From contig CAVVYZ010000015.1 in the NCBI GenBank assembly GCA_963752595.1, positions 96,001 to 160,000 of the forward strand: a stretch of 64,000 nt of DNA, in the 5' to 3' direction. Made by a program: the position numbers and the translations under genes. Every line of letters starts with the position of its first letter. The stretch's first letter is position 1. Under the pieces are notes generated by a model. The model saw nothing but the letters and a program-made list of their open reading frames with translations. It searched no databases and was not told where the DNA came from. Source of the stretch: an uncultured delta proteobacterium (GTDB lineage Bacteria > Desulfobacterota > Desulfomonilia > UBA1062). Positions 40,650 through 51,792 of this stretch are shown here, in pieces.

Positions 40650-42110
40650 TCAGCGGGTGCCGGGAGTGATTATAATCTTCGGAAGTTCGATCAGAGGGCT
40701 GCCTTCCTCAAGGATACCTTTGCCTTCCATATTAATCCCGTCCCAGAGCTCCATCTTAAGGAATACATCCACGCAGTCCGGACAGAGCTGACTTCCGCTG
40801 ACTTCCTCGATAATCTGGAGGGCCTTGTCCTTTTCCATCCCTTTGCGGTACGGACGGTCGCTCGTGAGGGCGTGATATGTATCTCCGACGGCGGTAATCC
40901 TGGCCCACAGAGGGATTTTGTCTCCTTTGAGTCCTTCAGGATATCCTTTTCCGTCCATGCGTTCGTGATGGTAGTACACAATGGGCAATATTTTGGCAAG
41001 GCTCGGAACCGGCCGCAGGATATCGGCACCGATTACCGGGTGGCGCTTGATGATCGCAAACTCGTCGTCGCTGAGCTTCCCCGGTTTGAGCAGTACGCTG
41101 TCGACCACCCCGATCTTACCGAGATCATGGAGTTTGCCTCCGAGCTTGACAAGTTCGATCTCTTCCTGACTCATTCCCATCTCCATGGCCATCCGGGTGG
41201 CAATGTACGACACCGCTTCGGAATGACCCCGTGTATAGGAGTCACGGGCTTCCAGGGCACAGCAGAGCGAGGTGATGCTGGCAAGGATGAGCCGCTGTTC
41301 GATTTCGAGACGCTCTTTTTCCTTGTGCAGAAGCAGGAGCTTGTCTGAAAGGAGCTTTTCAACTGTGATCACCAGTTGATCGACGTTAAACGGTTTTACG
41401 AGGTACGCATCCGCACCGAGCTGGAGCATGCGGCGCATGATGGGGCGGTCGTTGTTCGCACTCATCACGACAAAGGGAATGGTTGCAAGTGCCGGGTCGG
41501 CATGAACATTCTGACAGAATTCCTCCCCGTTCATCTCGGGCATGTCGATATCGCTCAGGATGAGGTCCGGCCGTACGGTTTTGAGAGTATTGAGGGCAAC
41601 CCTGCCGTTTTCGGCCTTCACCACCTCGAAGCCGACTTCTTTCAGGCCTTTTTCGACCAGAGTCCTCACGGTCGAGGAATCATCCACTACGAGGATGAGG
41701 CGGCCTTTCTGGAACGTGGTTTTCTGTAATACGGTCTCAATGGTCTCAATGAGGGAATCCTTTGCCTGGGCCTTGGAAATGTATGTAGAGGCGCCTGCCT
41801 TGTAGCCCTTCTTGATATCTTCTTCACTGTCCAGGGAGCTCAGGATGACAATAGGAATCTGCAAAGTCCTCGGATTGGATTTCAGCTTCCTGCAGAGCTC
41901 GATACCGTCCATCTGGGGCATCTCGACATCGGTAATGATCAGGTCGAACTCCTTGCAGAGAGCTATATCAAACGCCTGCTGACCGTTCTCGGCTTGAGTC
42001 ACCTCAACCCCTGATCTCAGGAGCTCCTTGGAGAGTACGCTTCTTACCACTGCAGAATCGTCTACAATGAGTATCCGCAGCTCTTTGAGAAAGGGCAATG
42101 AGCTCGTCAT
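40650..42110 (-). CDS. REC-REC-HD-GYP response regulator (c-di-GMP phosphodiesterase)
   Basis: Two receiver domains (ITDVEMP, LSDIDMP); YTRGHS, LHDLGK, HHERMDGKGYP. Confidence 0.93.
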   Translation of the reverse strand: MTSSLPFLKELRILIVDDSAVVRSVLSKELLRSGVEVTQAENGQQAFDIALCKEFDLIITDVEMPQMDGIELCRKLKSNPRTLQIPIVILSSLDSEEDIKKGYKAGASTYISKAQAKDSLIETIETVLQKTTFQKGRLILVVDDSSTVRTLVEKGLKEVGFEVVKAENGRVALNTLKTVRPDLILSDIDMPEMNGEEFCQNVHADPALATIPFVVMSANNDRPIMRRMLQLGADAYLVKPFNVDQLVITVEKLLSDKLLLLHKEKERLEIEQRLILASITSLCCALEARDSYTRGHSEAVSYIATRMAMEMGMSQEEIELVKLGGKLHDLGKIGVVDSVLLKPGKLSDDEFAIIKRHPVIGADILRPVPSLAKILPIVYYHHERMDGKGYPEGLKGDKIPLWARITAVGDTYHALTSDRPYRKGMEKDKALQIIEEVSGSQLCPDCVDVFLKMELWDGINMEGKGILEEGSPLIELPKIIITPGTR

Positions 42111-42385
42111 TCCTGTTGTTCAAACCTCATGCTATTACCGTCCCGATACTTTCACGTAATAATCGTCCGGCGAATGGGAAAAGATTAATACATCTGCCTT
42201 TCATTTTCCTTGTCGGATTTTTTAAAGAAATTAATATTTCTTTTTTTACCATGCAGAATATTGAGGAAAATATTCTTGAAAATTTACGCTGAAGTCCAGA
42301 GGGGGATATGAACACATGGCAACGGATGCATTATCTTGAAGATTCTGACCTTGACGAATGTACTAATCCCGTAATGCCATATACT

Positions 42386-43501
42386 CTAATCACTTCCGCA
42401 GCTCTCGGTCAGGGTCTCATATTTATCCTGTACCCCCACCGGTATAGGTCTTGCCAGACTGCTGGTCCAAGCCTTGTATACCGAGTGAACAAGGGTAGCA
42501 AGGGGTATGGCAAAGAGAAGGCCCCAGAATCCCCACATGCCGCCGAATACAAGTATGGCAACGATGATGGCTACCGGGTGGAGATTGACTACTTCGGAAA
42601 GAAGCAAGGGAGCAAGGATGTTTCCATCCAGAGCATGGATGATGCCATAGGCAGCGAGAACGTATGCCAGGTGCCATTCAGGTCCCCACTGGAAGAACGC
42701 GATGAAGGTAATGGGAATAAGCATGACGGTGGCGCCAATATATGGAATGAGCACGGCTAATCCTACCAGGAGTGACAGAATCATGGGGAAGCGCAGTCCA
42801 ATGAAGAAAAACGTTATGTATGTAACTGCCCACACGATAATAATTTCCCAGATTTTGCCCCTGAGGTAGTTGGCGATCTGCTGGTTTACTTCTTCCCAAA
42901 CCCTGTTCGTAAGGACGCGCTGCTCAGGAAGGAGGTTGCCTATCCACTGGAATATCAATTCCTTGTCCTTAAGGAAGAAGAATACGAGGAAGGGTACCAG
43001 TACAAGGTAAACGAGTACCTCTATGATACTCCGCACTGAAGACAGCGATACGGAAAGGATATATTGCCCTAAATCGGTTATATTGGAATCGATATAGGCA
43101 AAGAGATGGTTGACATTTTCCTGAGAAACGAGCTGTGGATACTTCTCCGGAAGACGCATCAACTCTTGCTGCCCCTTGGCAATCATGTTGGGCAGCTCCT
43201 GGATGAATTGGGCAATCTGATCGGACATCAACGGAAGCAGAAGGGTCAGCATGGCAACGATCATGGCGATAAGGAACAATGAGACAATAGACACAGCTAT
43301 GTTCCTGGATATACGGAAGAGCTGGAGCCAAGATACGAATCCGTCGAGGAGATACGCAATAATTATTGCGACAAATACGGGCAACAGCATATGCCCCAGA
43401 AGCAAAATAGTGACAAGCCCGAAAAGAAGGAGAAGCACCAGGATTATTACCTGGGGATCGGAAAAATATCGATGAAACCAGTGTTGGATGAGTTTTTTCA
43501 T
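42386..43501 (-). CDS. AI-2E-family transporter (PerM-like)
   Basis: IAYLL, LVPFLVFFFLKD, LIPYIG, DGNILAP, LHPVAII, GLLFAIP. Confidence 0.92.
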   Translation of the reverse strand: MKKLIQHWFHRYFSDPQVIILVLLLLFGLVTILLLGHMLLPVFVAIIIAYLLDGFVSWLQLFRISRNIAVSIVSLFLIAMIVAMLTLLLPLMSDQIAQFIQELPNMIAKGQQELMRLPEKYPQLVSQENVNHLFAYIDSNITDLGQYILSVSLSSVRSIIEVLVYLVLVPFLVFFFLKDKELIFQWIGNLLPEQRVLTNRVWEEVNQQIANYLRGKIWEIIIVWAVTYITFFFIGLRFPMILSLLVGLAVLIPYIGATVMLIPITFIAFFQWGPEWHLAYVLAAYGIIHALDGNILAPLLLSEVVNLHPVAIIVAILVFGGMWGFWGLLFAIPLATLVHSVYKAWTSSLARPIPVGVQDKYETLTESCGSD

Positions 43502-43652
43502 GGCGATCAATAATATCAGGAAATTTTAATCTCGCAACTGGAAAGAATAAGCCGTTTATCCCCTGCGCTGTGGATAATGTAAGAGCAAGGTATTGCAGAC
43601 AGAATCCATTCCCGGGTGAGGCACTGTGTATAAGTCACTAAAAGATATTGAA

Positions 43653-43700
43653 ATCAAAAAAGGGTTTGAAGGATGCGTGCTCTTTCAAACCCTTTTTGAT
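43653..43700. terminator. Strong bidirectional terminator hairpin after the chalcone-isomerase-like gene
   Basis: AAAAAGGGTTTGAA ... TTCAAACCCTTTTT inverted repeat with A/T tracts on both sides. Confidence 0.75.
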
Positions 43701-43714
43701 AAAGACTGGTAATT

Positions 43715-44284
43715 TTACTTCTTGTTGCCGAGCATTTCTGCTTTGAGGCTGTCCTGAGCAGGCTTGTCGCCGAGCCAGATGCCGAAGAGAGCCTTTTTGA
43801 AATCCATGCCTGCGATTGTAGACTTGACGGCGCCGTTCTTGAATACCTCAACTCCTTTGCCGGGAATATAGACGAGCTCGAAAACATCATTGAGCTTTAT
43901 GGGCTCTTTGAAGACGCCGATGAATGATTCGATAAGATTTTTGATCGGTGCGATGTTACCCTTCGTGGAATTCTCAAAGCCTTCTCTGACAGCCGATTCC
44001 ATCTTATCGCTGGTGATCAGCTTGGAAGTGATGGTGAGCCTGACTGCCATGGGCTGGTCGGCATTGACGATAGCCTGGGCATTGCTGCTCTTCTGGGTAA
44101 GGTAGAGACCGCTGATATAAGCCTTGATGAAGAACTTGGTACGTAATCCGGCACCGTTCAGAACCAGATTGTTGCCGTTTGCGCTGATAGAATCAGGCAC
44201 GTTCACGCCGGCTATTTCCAAAGAATATCCGGCAGTAGCAAGTAATAATGTAACTAAGATAACCCCCAAAAACTTTTTAAGCAT
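43715..44284 (-). CDS. Chalcone-isomerase-like exported protein
   Basis: Signal peptide; LVLNGAGLRTK, F.KALFGIWLG.P...LK..MLG. Confidence 0.9.
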   Translation of the reverse strand: MLKKFLGVILVTLLLATAGYSLEIAGVNVPDSISANGNNLVLNGAGLRTKFFIKAYISGLYLTQKSSNAQAIVNADQPMAVRLTITSKLITSDKMESAVREGFENSTKGNIAPIKNLIESFIGVFKEPIKLNDVFELVYIPGKGVEVFKNGAVKSTIAGMDFKKALFGIWLGDKPAQDSLKAEMLGNKK

Positions 44285-44413
44285 GATTCCCTCCTCATTT
44301 GAGAATTTATTGTCGCTTAGGATCTAAGCGCTTATTCCAGATCTTGAAACGTCCCCTTTTAAGGACAATAACTTTTTAATACCATGCTTTTCTGTAAAAG
44401 TGAATAAGGGAAT

Positions 44414-45067
44414 TTATGGGCAGATCAACCCCGGCAGCATGATCTCTTCCAGCTTGAGGCGGACATCTTCAAATTCCTCCGGTGTCGATGTGGACGGTAT
44501 CGGGAAGAGCTCATCGAAACGTAAAGTTACCTTGGCGAATGGCTTGGGTACCATGAAACGGTCCCAGCTTTTGAAATACCATGCCCTGTCCGCATGTACC
44601 GAAAAAGGTATAATTGCAGCGTTCCCAAGCTGGGCAAGCCTGATGATTCCTGCCTTTATCTTTCCGGCAGGGCCCCGCGGGCCGTCAACGATATGGGCCG
44701 CGATCTTTCGTTCGAGAAGCTTCTGCGCTATCTCGCTCAAAGCATCACGGCCGCCTTTTGACGAGGAACCTCGGACAGGGTCCCAGCCGGTACGACCGGC
44801 AATCCCGGCAATGAGTCCGCCGTCGCTGCTCCTGGAGATCATGAGCGGGGGCTTAAGATGACTGTAGTTCCTGAAGTGACGTATGGCGGAAAAGAATTGC
44901 TGGTGCCAGCAGCAGATTATTACAGAGCCGCCGGCTTTCATGTGGTCCATCCACACGTGCTCGTTTTCTACGGTCAGTCGATATGTTGCGGCATATCCCC
45001 TGACAGCATGATAAAGGGAGAATATCGTTATTTCGGAATTGAGTATCTTTTTGAGCTTTCCGGACAT
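44414..45067 (-). CDS. DUF374 / lysophospholipid acyltransferase-family protein
   Basis: WH, MISRS.DG, VRGSSSKGG, VDGPRGP, SWDRF.VPKPF. Confidence 0.9.
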   Translation of the reverse strand: MSGKLKKILNSEITIFSLYHAVRGYAATYRLTVENEHVWMDHMKAGGSVIICCWHQQFFSAIRHFRNYSHLKPPLMISRSSDGGLIAGIAGRTGWDPVRGSSSKGGRDALSEIAQKLLERKIAAHIVDGPRGPAGKIKAGIIRLAQLGNAAIIPFSVHADRAWYFKSWDRFMVPKPFAKVTLRFDELFPIPSTSTPEEFEDVRLKLEEIMLPGLICP

Positions 45068-45073
45068 CTGCAG

Positions 45074-45562
45074 TTACTTCCCGCAGCACTTCTTGTACTT
45101 GGATCCGCTTCCGCACGGGCATGGATCGTTCCGTCTAACCTTCTCATCAGTGCGTACCACCTGTTGCTGCGGGACCATCTTCCCCTGGTAGAAGTACCAC
45201 CTGTCGTCTTCCTTGAGGAATTCTGCGAGCTCATGGTGTGCGGTCCGTTTGCCTTTATAGCGGTAATGGGCAATGAATTCCACCTTGCCTTGGGAGTCTT
45301 CTGCGCCACCCTTATCCGTCGAGACGACCTGGAGGCCGTCCCATTCGGATTTTTCAGCCCAGCGTTTGGTACCTTTGATATCGTAATCGCTCCTCTGATT
45401 CGGATGAGTCGATTCGAGGAGGTAGGCGAGCTCTGCCTTCGCATATGCACTATAACGCGAACGCATCAGTTGTTCGGCTGTCTCGGGTAAACGGGTTCCT
45501 TTGATCAGAGGTTCGCAGCAGTTCTCATACTCGATTTTTGATCCGCATGGACATAAACTCAT
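45074..45562 (-). CDS. ychJ: YchJ-family SEC-C protein
   Basis: CPCGS...[38 protein letters not shown]. Confidence 0.92.
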   Translation of the reverse strand: MSLCPCGSKIEYENCCEPLIKGTRLPETAEQLMRSRYSAYAKAELAYLLESTHPNQRSDYDIKGTKRWAEKSEWDGLQVVSTDKGGAEDSQGKVEFIAHYRYKGKRTAHHELAEFLKEDDRWYFYQGKMVPQQQVVRTDEKVRRNDPCPCGSGSKYKKCCGK

Positions 45563-45606
45563 AAGTTGCTCCTTTATTAGTATATGTGTAATCCTCGCAC
45601 TGTCTC

Positions 45607-46512
45607 TCAGATCAGTTGCGAAGAATCGGCAACACCCAGCGATTCATAGATCTTGAGGGTGGCTGTCGCATTATTCAGGGTATAGAAGTGGATGCCCCGG
45701 GCATGATTTTCTATGAGGTCACGCACCTGCTCGGTGGCCCAGTGTATGCCAACCCTCTCCACCGATTCATTGCTGCCCGCCCTCTGGATGGCCCTGAGCA
45801 ACGGCGCAGGAAATCGGGCTCCGGATGCGAGCTCGGCCATCCGGAGCATGCCGCTCCTGGAGATGATGGGCATGATCCCGGCGATGATGGGCACACGGAT
45901 GCCGGCAACGATGCAACGTTCCCGGAAGTCATAGTAGTCTCGGTTATCGAAGAAGAGCTGGGTGATGATGTAATCAGCCCCTGCATCGACCTTTGCCTTG
46001 AGATGGTCGATCTCCCTGATCCGGTTGCGCGTCTCGGGATGTCCTTCGGGGAAGCCTGCAACTCCCACGCACATGTTCGGGAAATGCTTTTTAATGAAGG
46101 TTACCAGATCCACGGCATAATAAAACCCGTTTGCGATCGGGGTCATGCTTTTCTGTCCAAGGGGAGGGTCTCCCCGCAGAGCGAGGATGTTGTGAATGCC
46201 TTCCCTGTCGTAGCGCTCAAGGATGGACATGACATAGTCTCTGCTCGTTTCGACGCAGGTGAGATGGGACACGACTATCAGGTCGGCCTCTTTTTTGATT
46301 CTTACGACAAGATTATGGGTGTTCTCCCTTGTGGAGCCTCCTGCACCATAGGTGACGCTGACCCAGGAAGGCTTTAAGGGAATGAGATCTGTAATGGTGT
46401 GGAAGAGCTTATCCCAGCCTTCGGGTGTTCTGGGAGGAAAAAATTCAAAGCTGAAGGTGGTATTGGCCCCTTGAATTATGTCTCGTACCAACATGATCCT
46501 CTCAATACGCAT
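45607..46512 (-). CDS. metF: Methylenetetrahydrofolate reductase
   Basis: [45 protein letters not shown]. Confidence 0.96.
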   Translation of the reverse strand: MRIERIMLVRDIIQGANTTFSFEFFPPRTPEGWDKLFHTITDLIPLKPSWVSVTYGAGGSTRENTHNLVVRIKKEADLIVVSHLTCVETSRDYVMSILERYDREGIHNILALRGDPPLGQKSMTPIANGFYYAVDLVTFIKKHFPNMCVGVAGFPEGHPETRNRIREIDHLKAKVDAGADYIITQLFFDNRDYYDFRERCIVAGIRVPIIAGIMPIISRSGMLRMAELASGARFPAPLLRAIQRAGSNESVERVGIHWATEQVRDLIENHARGIHFYTLNNATATLKIYESLGVADSSQLI

Positions 46513-46631
46513 CTCCTGAAAAACCTCATTCGAAGAATAGAAGGCTAATGGAAATTGTACTCAATTGCAAGAGATTCGTTTGCCGTTTACGGTGCCCGGC
46601 ATGCTTCTAGGGCGCGTCATGATAAAAAGGC

Positions 46632-46982
46632 TCAGATGATGATTTCCAGTAATTTTGCATATTTTGAAGGGATTTCGAGTTTCTTCTCTTTGAGAAGATC
46701 ATCTGCAAGTATCTTCATCCATTCTCGTGAGACAGAGACCTTGTTACAGGTAATAAAGCTTTTACCTTCTTCAGAGACTATCTCATAGTTCTCTATGGAT
46801 ACGCTCAGCGGAGCTGTCTCGCCCCTGAGGAGCACTTCCACCTCTATCCTGCGGGTAAGGGAATCGAGCCTGATCCCGATGAGCTTTCCGTACCTGCTGA
46901 TGACTGTCTCTCCAAGTACCTCCAGTGCCTTGGATAGGGCTTTATCTTTGCCTTGTCGTGCGAGTTCCTTGAGATGTCCCAT
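46632..46982 (-). CDS. Hypothetical protein
   Basis: 116 aa from ATG 46982 with GGGGGAG RBS; co-oriented with its neighbours. Confidence 0.75.
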   Translation of the reverse strand: MGHLKELARQGKDKALSKALEVLGETVISRYGKLIGIRLDSLTRRIEVEVLLRGETAPLSVSIENYEIVSEEGKSFITCNKVSVSREWMKILADDLLKEKKLEIPSKYAKLLEIII

Positions 46983-47002
46983 GAAATCTCCCCCTGTCTG
47001 AC

Positions 47003-47539
47003 TTACACCCTCGGGGGCTGTTTCGTTGCCATGATGAGCACCATGTATAAAGGCGCAAAGAGATCGACACAGTCGGTGACTCCTAGGGTGAGTACGTACC
47101 GGTCCGTTACATTGTTGATGCTGGTAAGCCATTCTTCAAGCTTTTGAATGCTTTTTGCCTGACGGATCAAGTCCTTAAAGAGAATAATACCCGAGTCCAT
47201 TATGAGCTTCCGGTCGGACTCAGGATATTTTTTGAATACCCGTTCTCCAACGTGATGCATGAGGGAGAGGGCATCTACTTCGTCTCCCAGTTCCTGAAGC
47301 CTGGAGATCAAAGGTACCGAGCAGGCTGCCAGGAAGCACGCATTTGCCGTGCACTGGTCGAGAGTGCTGTGATCAGGGTCTGCAATCTGGTCCGTTCCGG
47401 CCAGCACATTCTCGCCGATGAAGGAGAGGATGACCGTTAATGCCTCATTCAGGCTTGGGATCGGTCTCGGATCATAGGCACTCAGGATGCGGTACGCGAG
47501 ATTCATGACATTGTCCCGATAGGTTTTCTCAATATTCAT
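47003..47539 (-). CDS. Hypothetical protein
   Basis: 178-aa helical ORF with AGAGGA RBS, downstream of galE. Confidence 0.75.
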   Translation of the reverse strand: MNIEKTYRDNVMNLAYRILSAYDPRPIPSLNEALTVILSFIGENVLAGTDQIADPDHSTLDQCTANACFLAACSVPLISRLQELGDEVDALSLMHHVGERVFKKYPESDRKLIMDSGIILFKDLIRQAKSIQKLEEWLTSINNVTDRYVLTLGVTDCVDLFAPLYMVLIMATKQPPRV

Positions 47540-47640
47540 CGTATCCTCTTGCCATGTCCGGCAAAATAGTAAAATGAGTGGATCGTGATGTTCCCGACCT
47601 TAGCGTCTCTATGGGGACACCGGCCGGCGATACTGGAGGT

Positions 47641-48651
47641 TCAATCATATCCGTTCGGGTTGTTTGATTGCCATCTCCAGGTATCCGTACACATCTCATC
47701 AATACCGCGTACGGCCGTCCATCCAAGCTCCAAGCGTGCCTTTGCGGGATCGGCAAAACAGCTGGCGATATCACCATGCCTCCTGGCAGTGATTTTATAA
47801 GGGATCTTTCTGCCAGATGCCTTCCCAAAGGCCCGGATCATGTCGAGCACGCTGTAACCCTGTCCTGTCCCGAGATTGTAGGTGGCGACCCCCGGATTGC
47901 TTTGAAGCTTCTTCAGGGCATTGATATGGCCTATGGCGAGATCGACCACATGGATATAATCTCTCACCCCGGTCCCGTCTTTGGTGGGGTAGTCATTCCC
48001 GAAGACAGAGAGTATGGAAAGTTTCCCAATGGCAACCTGAGAGATGAAGGGCATGAGATTGTTCGGGATATCGTTCGGGTCTTCCCCGATGAGCCCGCTC
48101 CTGTGTGCTCCCACGGGGTTGAAATAGCGGAGCAGGGCGATGTTCCACGCCGGGTCCGATATATGCAGATCGCGCAGGATCTCCTCGATCATGAGTTTTG
48201 AACGGCCGTAGGGATTCGTTGCGCCCAAGGGGAAGTCCTCACTGATAGGGACACTGCTCGGATCGCCGTACACGGTCGCAGATGAGCTGAACACCATATT
48301 CTTGACGCCGTGCTCTTTCATCACATCGCAGAGCACGAGGGTCCCGGTGATATTGTTATGGTAGTAGCGCAAAGGCATAGAGACCGACTCTCCCACAGCC
48401 TTCAAGCCTGCGAAATGGATGACTGCATCAATACTGTTGCTGGAGAATATGGAAGAGAGTGCTTTTCTGTCAACCAGGTCTGCCCGGTGGAATGTCAGGC
48501 CCCTGCCGGTGATTTTCTCGACTCTCTTCAAGGCCTCTTCCTTTGAATTGGAGAGATTGTCCACAACGATGACATTGTATCCTGTATCCATGAGCTCCAC
48601 GCAGGTGTGGCTCCCGATGTATCCGGCTCCGCCTGTTACCAAAATATTCAT
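47641..48651 (-). CDS. galE: UDP-glucose 4-epimerase
   Basis: [52 protein letters not shown]. Confidence 0.97.
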   Translation of the reverse strand: MNILVTGGAGYIGSHTCVELMDTGYNVIVVDNLSNSKEEALKRVEKITGRGLTFHRADLVDRKALSSIFSSNSIDAVIHFAGLKAVGESVSMPLRYYHNNITGTLVLCDVMKEHGVKNMVFSSSATVYGDPSSVPISEDFPLGATNPYGRSKLMIEEILRDLHISDPAWNIALLRYFNPVGAHRSGLIGEDPNDIPNNLMPFISQVAIGKLSILSVFGNDYPTKDGTGVRDYIHVVDLAIGHINALKKLQSNPGVATYNLGTGQGYSVLDMIRAFGKASGRKIPYKITARRHGDIASCFADPAKARLELGWTAVRGIDEMCTDTWRWQSNNPNGYD

Positions 48652-48813
48652 GGGTACTTCCTTCTTATGCTTTCTTGAGCTGGCCTTCATAATTACGGCT
48701 TCTTCTCCCATATTTTTACCGGCAAGTCAAAGAATTGGGATGATTTCTCAAGATGTCTTTGATGATAAAAGCATCTCATCAGCTATAACATACTTCACTG
48801 CAGGCAAGATTCA

Positions 48814-49005
48814 TCAGGGTATGAAGAGGCTGTTTGCTTGAAACGGGCTTCCGTTCACGTCTCCATGCATATTGGACACGCAGGTGAACACTACCGGTAT
48901 TTCTGCAGAGGCAAATTTGACCTTTAATACCTTGTGGCAGGCGTGCCTCCGGTAAGTACGAGATCAGGCTTTTCTTCGACAATTCTCGATGCGGTTTTCT
49001 TGATA
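48814..49005 (-). pseudogene. Relic fragment of an ABC transporter substrate-binding protein (ABC_sub_bind-like)
   Basis: Joining two frames at ~48931 gives IVEEKPDLVLTGGTPAT-VLKVKFASAEIPVVFTCVSN, matching the KPDL...GTPA...IPVVF..V segment of that family. Not in the ORF track as such. Confidence 0.55.
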
Positions 49006-49066
49006 TGGAAAAGGATGCACACCTTTTTCCACAATCCGGCATCGATGATGCCTTCACAAACCAGGC

Positions 49067-51190
49067 TTACCTCATAAGGGTAAATACCTTTGCAGGCCTG
49101 GCAGGAGTCTGCAAGCTTACAAAATCCATGAGCACCCGGCAGCTTTCAACCAGAACCGGGTCGTCCTGGGCTTTGATCTTGGAGTCTTTTTCCTTGTTTT
49201 CGAGGTCATCCGAAAGCGCTTCTATCGTTTTTAACGGCTGCAGTCCCTTTGCATTTCTGCGGACATTCTCCATATCGAGACGCTTCTTCCGGATCTGCTG
49301 TTCCTCGAGCTTCCTGACGTTTCTATTGAGGGAAATGTCAGTCCTCGAACGTAACTTTGCCAGGTAATCTGTCATCTGGTATACATACAGGTAGTCAGGA
49401 TCAGAGGCCATGCGCCTCTGATGCAGCTCTTTCAGCTTAGAAACGAGAGGTCTCATATCGATATAAAACCGGTGGGAGACGCCTCCTATGGTATCCCACG
49501 GCAGGGCTGCATCGAGAGAACTCTCACCGATCTTCGTCTTATCGTAGAGACTGGGATAGGCGATGTCGGGAACGATCCCTCTATGCTGGGTGCTGGCCCC
49601 TGAAATGCGATAGAACTTGGCCGATGTGAGTTTCAGCTGTCCATAATCGAGGTTGACAAGGCTTTGGACGGTCCCCTTCCCGAAGGTATCTTCACCGATA
49701 ATAATCCCTCGGGCATAGTCCTGGATGGCGCCTGCAAAGATCTCCGACGCGGATGCGCTCAGCCTGTTTACTACCACGGCCAGAGGCCCATCCCAATACA
49801 TCTGGGGATCATCATCGTAGAGTTTTTCCACTTTATTGTTGGCATCCCGTATCTGGACGACCGGTCCTTGGTCGATGAAGAGCCCGGTAAGCATTTCCGC
49901 TTCCTGGAGCGAACCGCCCCCGTTGTCCCGTAAGTCGACGACGATACCATCGACCTTTGCTTCCCTCAACTCGGCAAGGAGCTTCATGACATCCCGCGTG
50001 GTGCTCTTGTAGTCTTTGCTGCCGGAGCTCAAGGCGTTGAAATCCAGATAGAACGTGGGGATGATAATGACTCCGAGTTTATACGGGCGGTCTTTATCTT
50101 TGATCTCGATGATTTCCTTATGCGCTGCCTGTTCTTCAAGCTTTACCGTATTGCGTACGATAGAGACGGATTTTGTTTTATGATTATCGAGCGCATTTGC
50201 AGGGATAATCCTCAGCCTCACAACGGTCTCTTTCGGACCGCGGATGAGATCGACCACATCGTCAAGGCGCCAGCCAACGACATCCACAAATTCGCCGTCA
50301 GAGCCTTGCCCGACCCCGGTGATGCGGTCATCAGGCTTGAGCTGCCCGGATTTGTCGGCAGGTCCGGCAGGGATGAGGCGGACGACCTTGACATATTCGT
50401 CCTCTACTCCCAGCATTGCTCCGATGCCCTCAAGGGACAGGCTCATATTGATGGAGAAGTTCTCTGATGAACGCGGAGAAAAATACTCGGTATGGGGATC
50501 GAAGGTATGGGCAAAGGAGTTCATAAATATCTGGAATACATCTTCACTGTTAGTCTGGGAAACTCTGTTGAGCTGGCTCCGGTATCGTTTCGAAAGAGTC
50601 TGTTTGACCTCCGCCGGTGATTTATCATCCATCAGGAGATTGAGTATGTCATTTATCAGGGCTTTTTGCCAAAGCCCTTCCAGTTCGATGCGGTTTTTCG
50701 GCCACGGCGCCTTTTTTCTGTCGATTTCGAGGTTTACGTTCTGGTCAAGTTTGATATTCCCGATCCCGTTTTCAACGGCTTTGATCATGTAAGCGAGCCG
50801 TTCCGCCATGCGCTCCTGATACCGGTTATATATCCTGAAGGGTGGTTTTAAATCACCGGTCTTAAGGACATCATCCAGCAGGTACCGGTAGAAGTCAAAT
50901 TCCTTGACATCTGACGCGAGGAAAAAACTGCGCTGGGAATCGAGATCTGAGAGGTAGGTGTCCAGAACCCTTGATGAAAGCCTGTCATCGACTGACGGCT
51001 TCAGATAGTGGGTATACTGGATGTATTTGAGTATTTCCCTGTCCGCCTTCTGGTGTATTTTCAAGGGTGAGAGCTTCTCGGCATAATGTCCAGGTATAAG
51101 ACCTGTTTGTGCTGAGAAGAGAGGTGCGGCAACACAGAGGTTTACAAGGAACGAAAGGGCGATTAGGGCTCCAAGGATATTTTTCTTCAT
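49067..51190 (-). CDS. prc: Tail-specific (C-terminal processing) protease Prc/Tsp
   Basis: Signal peptide; DPHT.Y, GIGA, PDZ domain, DLRDNGGG, SASASEI, TFGKGTVQ, KFYR..G.STQ. Confidence 0.95.
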   Translation of the reverse strand: MKKNILGALIALSFLVNLCVAAPLFSAQTGLIPGHYAEKLSPLKIHQKADREILKYIQYTHYLKPSVDDRLSSRVLDTYLSDLDSQRSFFLASDVKEFDFYRYLLDDVLKTGDLKPPFRIYNRYQERMAERLAYMIKAVENGIGNIKLDQNVNLEIDRKKAPWPKNRIELEGLWQKALINDILNLLMDDKSPAEVKQTLSKRYRSQLNRVSQTNSEDVFQIFMNSFAHTFDPHTEYFSPRSSENFSINMSLSLEGIGAMLGVEDEYVKVVRLIPAGPADKSGQLKPDDRITGVGQGSDGEFVDVVGWRLDDVVDLIRGPKETVVRLRIIPANALDNHKTKSVSIVRNTVKLEEQAAHKEIIEIKDKDRPYKLGVIIIPTFYLDFNALSSGSKDYKSTTRDVMKLLAELREAKVDGIVVDLRDNGGGSLQEAEMLTGLFIDQGPVVQIRDANNKVEKLYDDDPQMYWDGPLAVVVNRLSASASEIFAGAIQDYARGIIIGEDTFGKGTVQSLVNLDYGQLKLTSAKFYRISGASTQHRGIVPDIAYPSLYDKTKIGESSLDAALPWDTIGGVSHRFYIDMRPLVSKLKELHQRRMASDPDYLYVYQMTDYLAKLRSRTDISLNRNVRKLEEQQIRKKRLDMENVRRNAKGLQPLKTIEALSDDLENKEKDSKIKAQDDPVLVESCRVLMDFVSLQTPARPAKVFTLMR

Positions 51191-51383
51191 GAACGCTCAC
51201 TGTCTCATATTTGATCGGAGCTTTATATAGCAAGGGTAGAGGGAAAATACAATGGGAGTATCGCATAATTAAATTCTGACTTCGCCAGTCTTATAAATTC
51301 ATAAGAAATAATCATCGAGGCGTATAATTACGGCTCAGATAATCTGATCAGGATTCTGGTTTGCCAAAAGCGCCAAAATGAAG

Positions 51384-51725
51384 TTAACCGCTTACCTCAT
51401 CAATCCAGTTGAGGTAATCCTTTGATCCTTTCAAAACGGGAATCTGCACGATCTCGGGAATTTCATAGCTATGGTTCTGGAGGATGAGATGCTCGATTCT
51501 TTCATAATGATCGGCTTTGGCCTTGATGAAGAGCAACTGCTCGCTGTCCGAATTCACCGTTCCCTTCCATTCATAGTAGCTGACTATGCCCGTTGCCTGG
51601 ACACATGCAGCCAAATGCTCATGGATGAGCATGGTTGCGATCTTATCAGCCTCCTCACGGCTCGGACATGTGGTGAGGACTACGCAGTATACGTTTGGTT
51701 CAGTCACATCCATCTCCTTTATCAT
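51384..51725 (-). CDS. cutA: Divalent-cation tolerance protein CutA
   Basis: LAAC, SYYEWKG, HSYEIPEI, YLNWI. Confidence 0.93.
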   Translation of the reverse strand: MIKEMDVTEPNVYCVVLTTCPSREEADKIATMLIHEHLAACVQATGIVSYYEWKGTVNSDSEQLLFIKAKADHYERIEHLILQNHSYEIPEIVQIPVLKGSKDYLNWIDEVSG

Positions 51726-51792
51726 GAATCATTCCCAATCATAAAATCAGGGCTTCAAGTCTCTATAAAACATAAAAATATGTCTAACACCC

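Noticed and set aside
40650-42110. Tandem REC-REC-HD-GYP architecture as a novelty
   Set aside because: A common type of architecture in deltaproteobacteria; all motifs are canonical.
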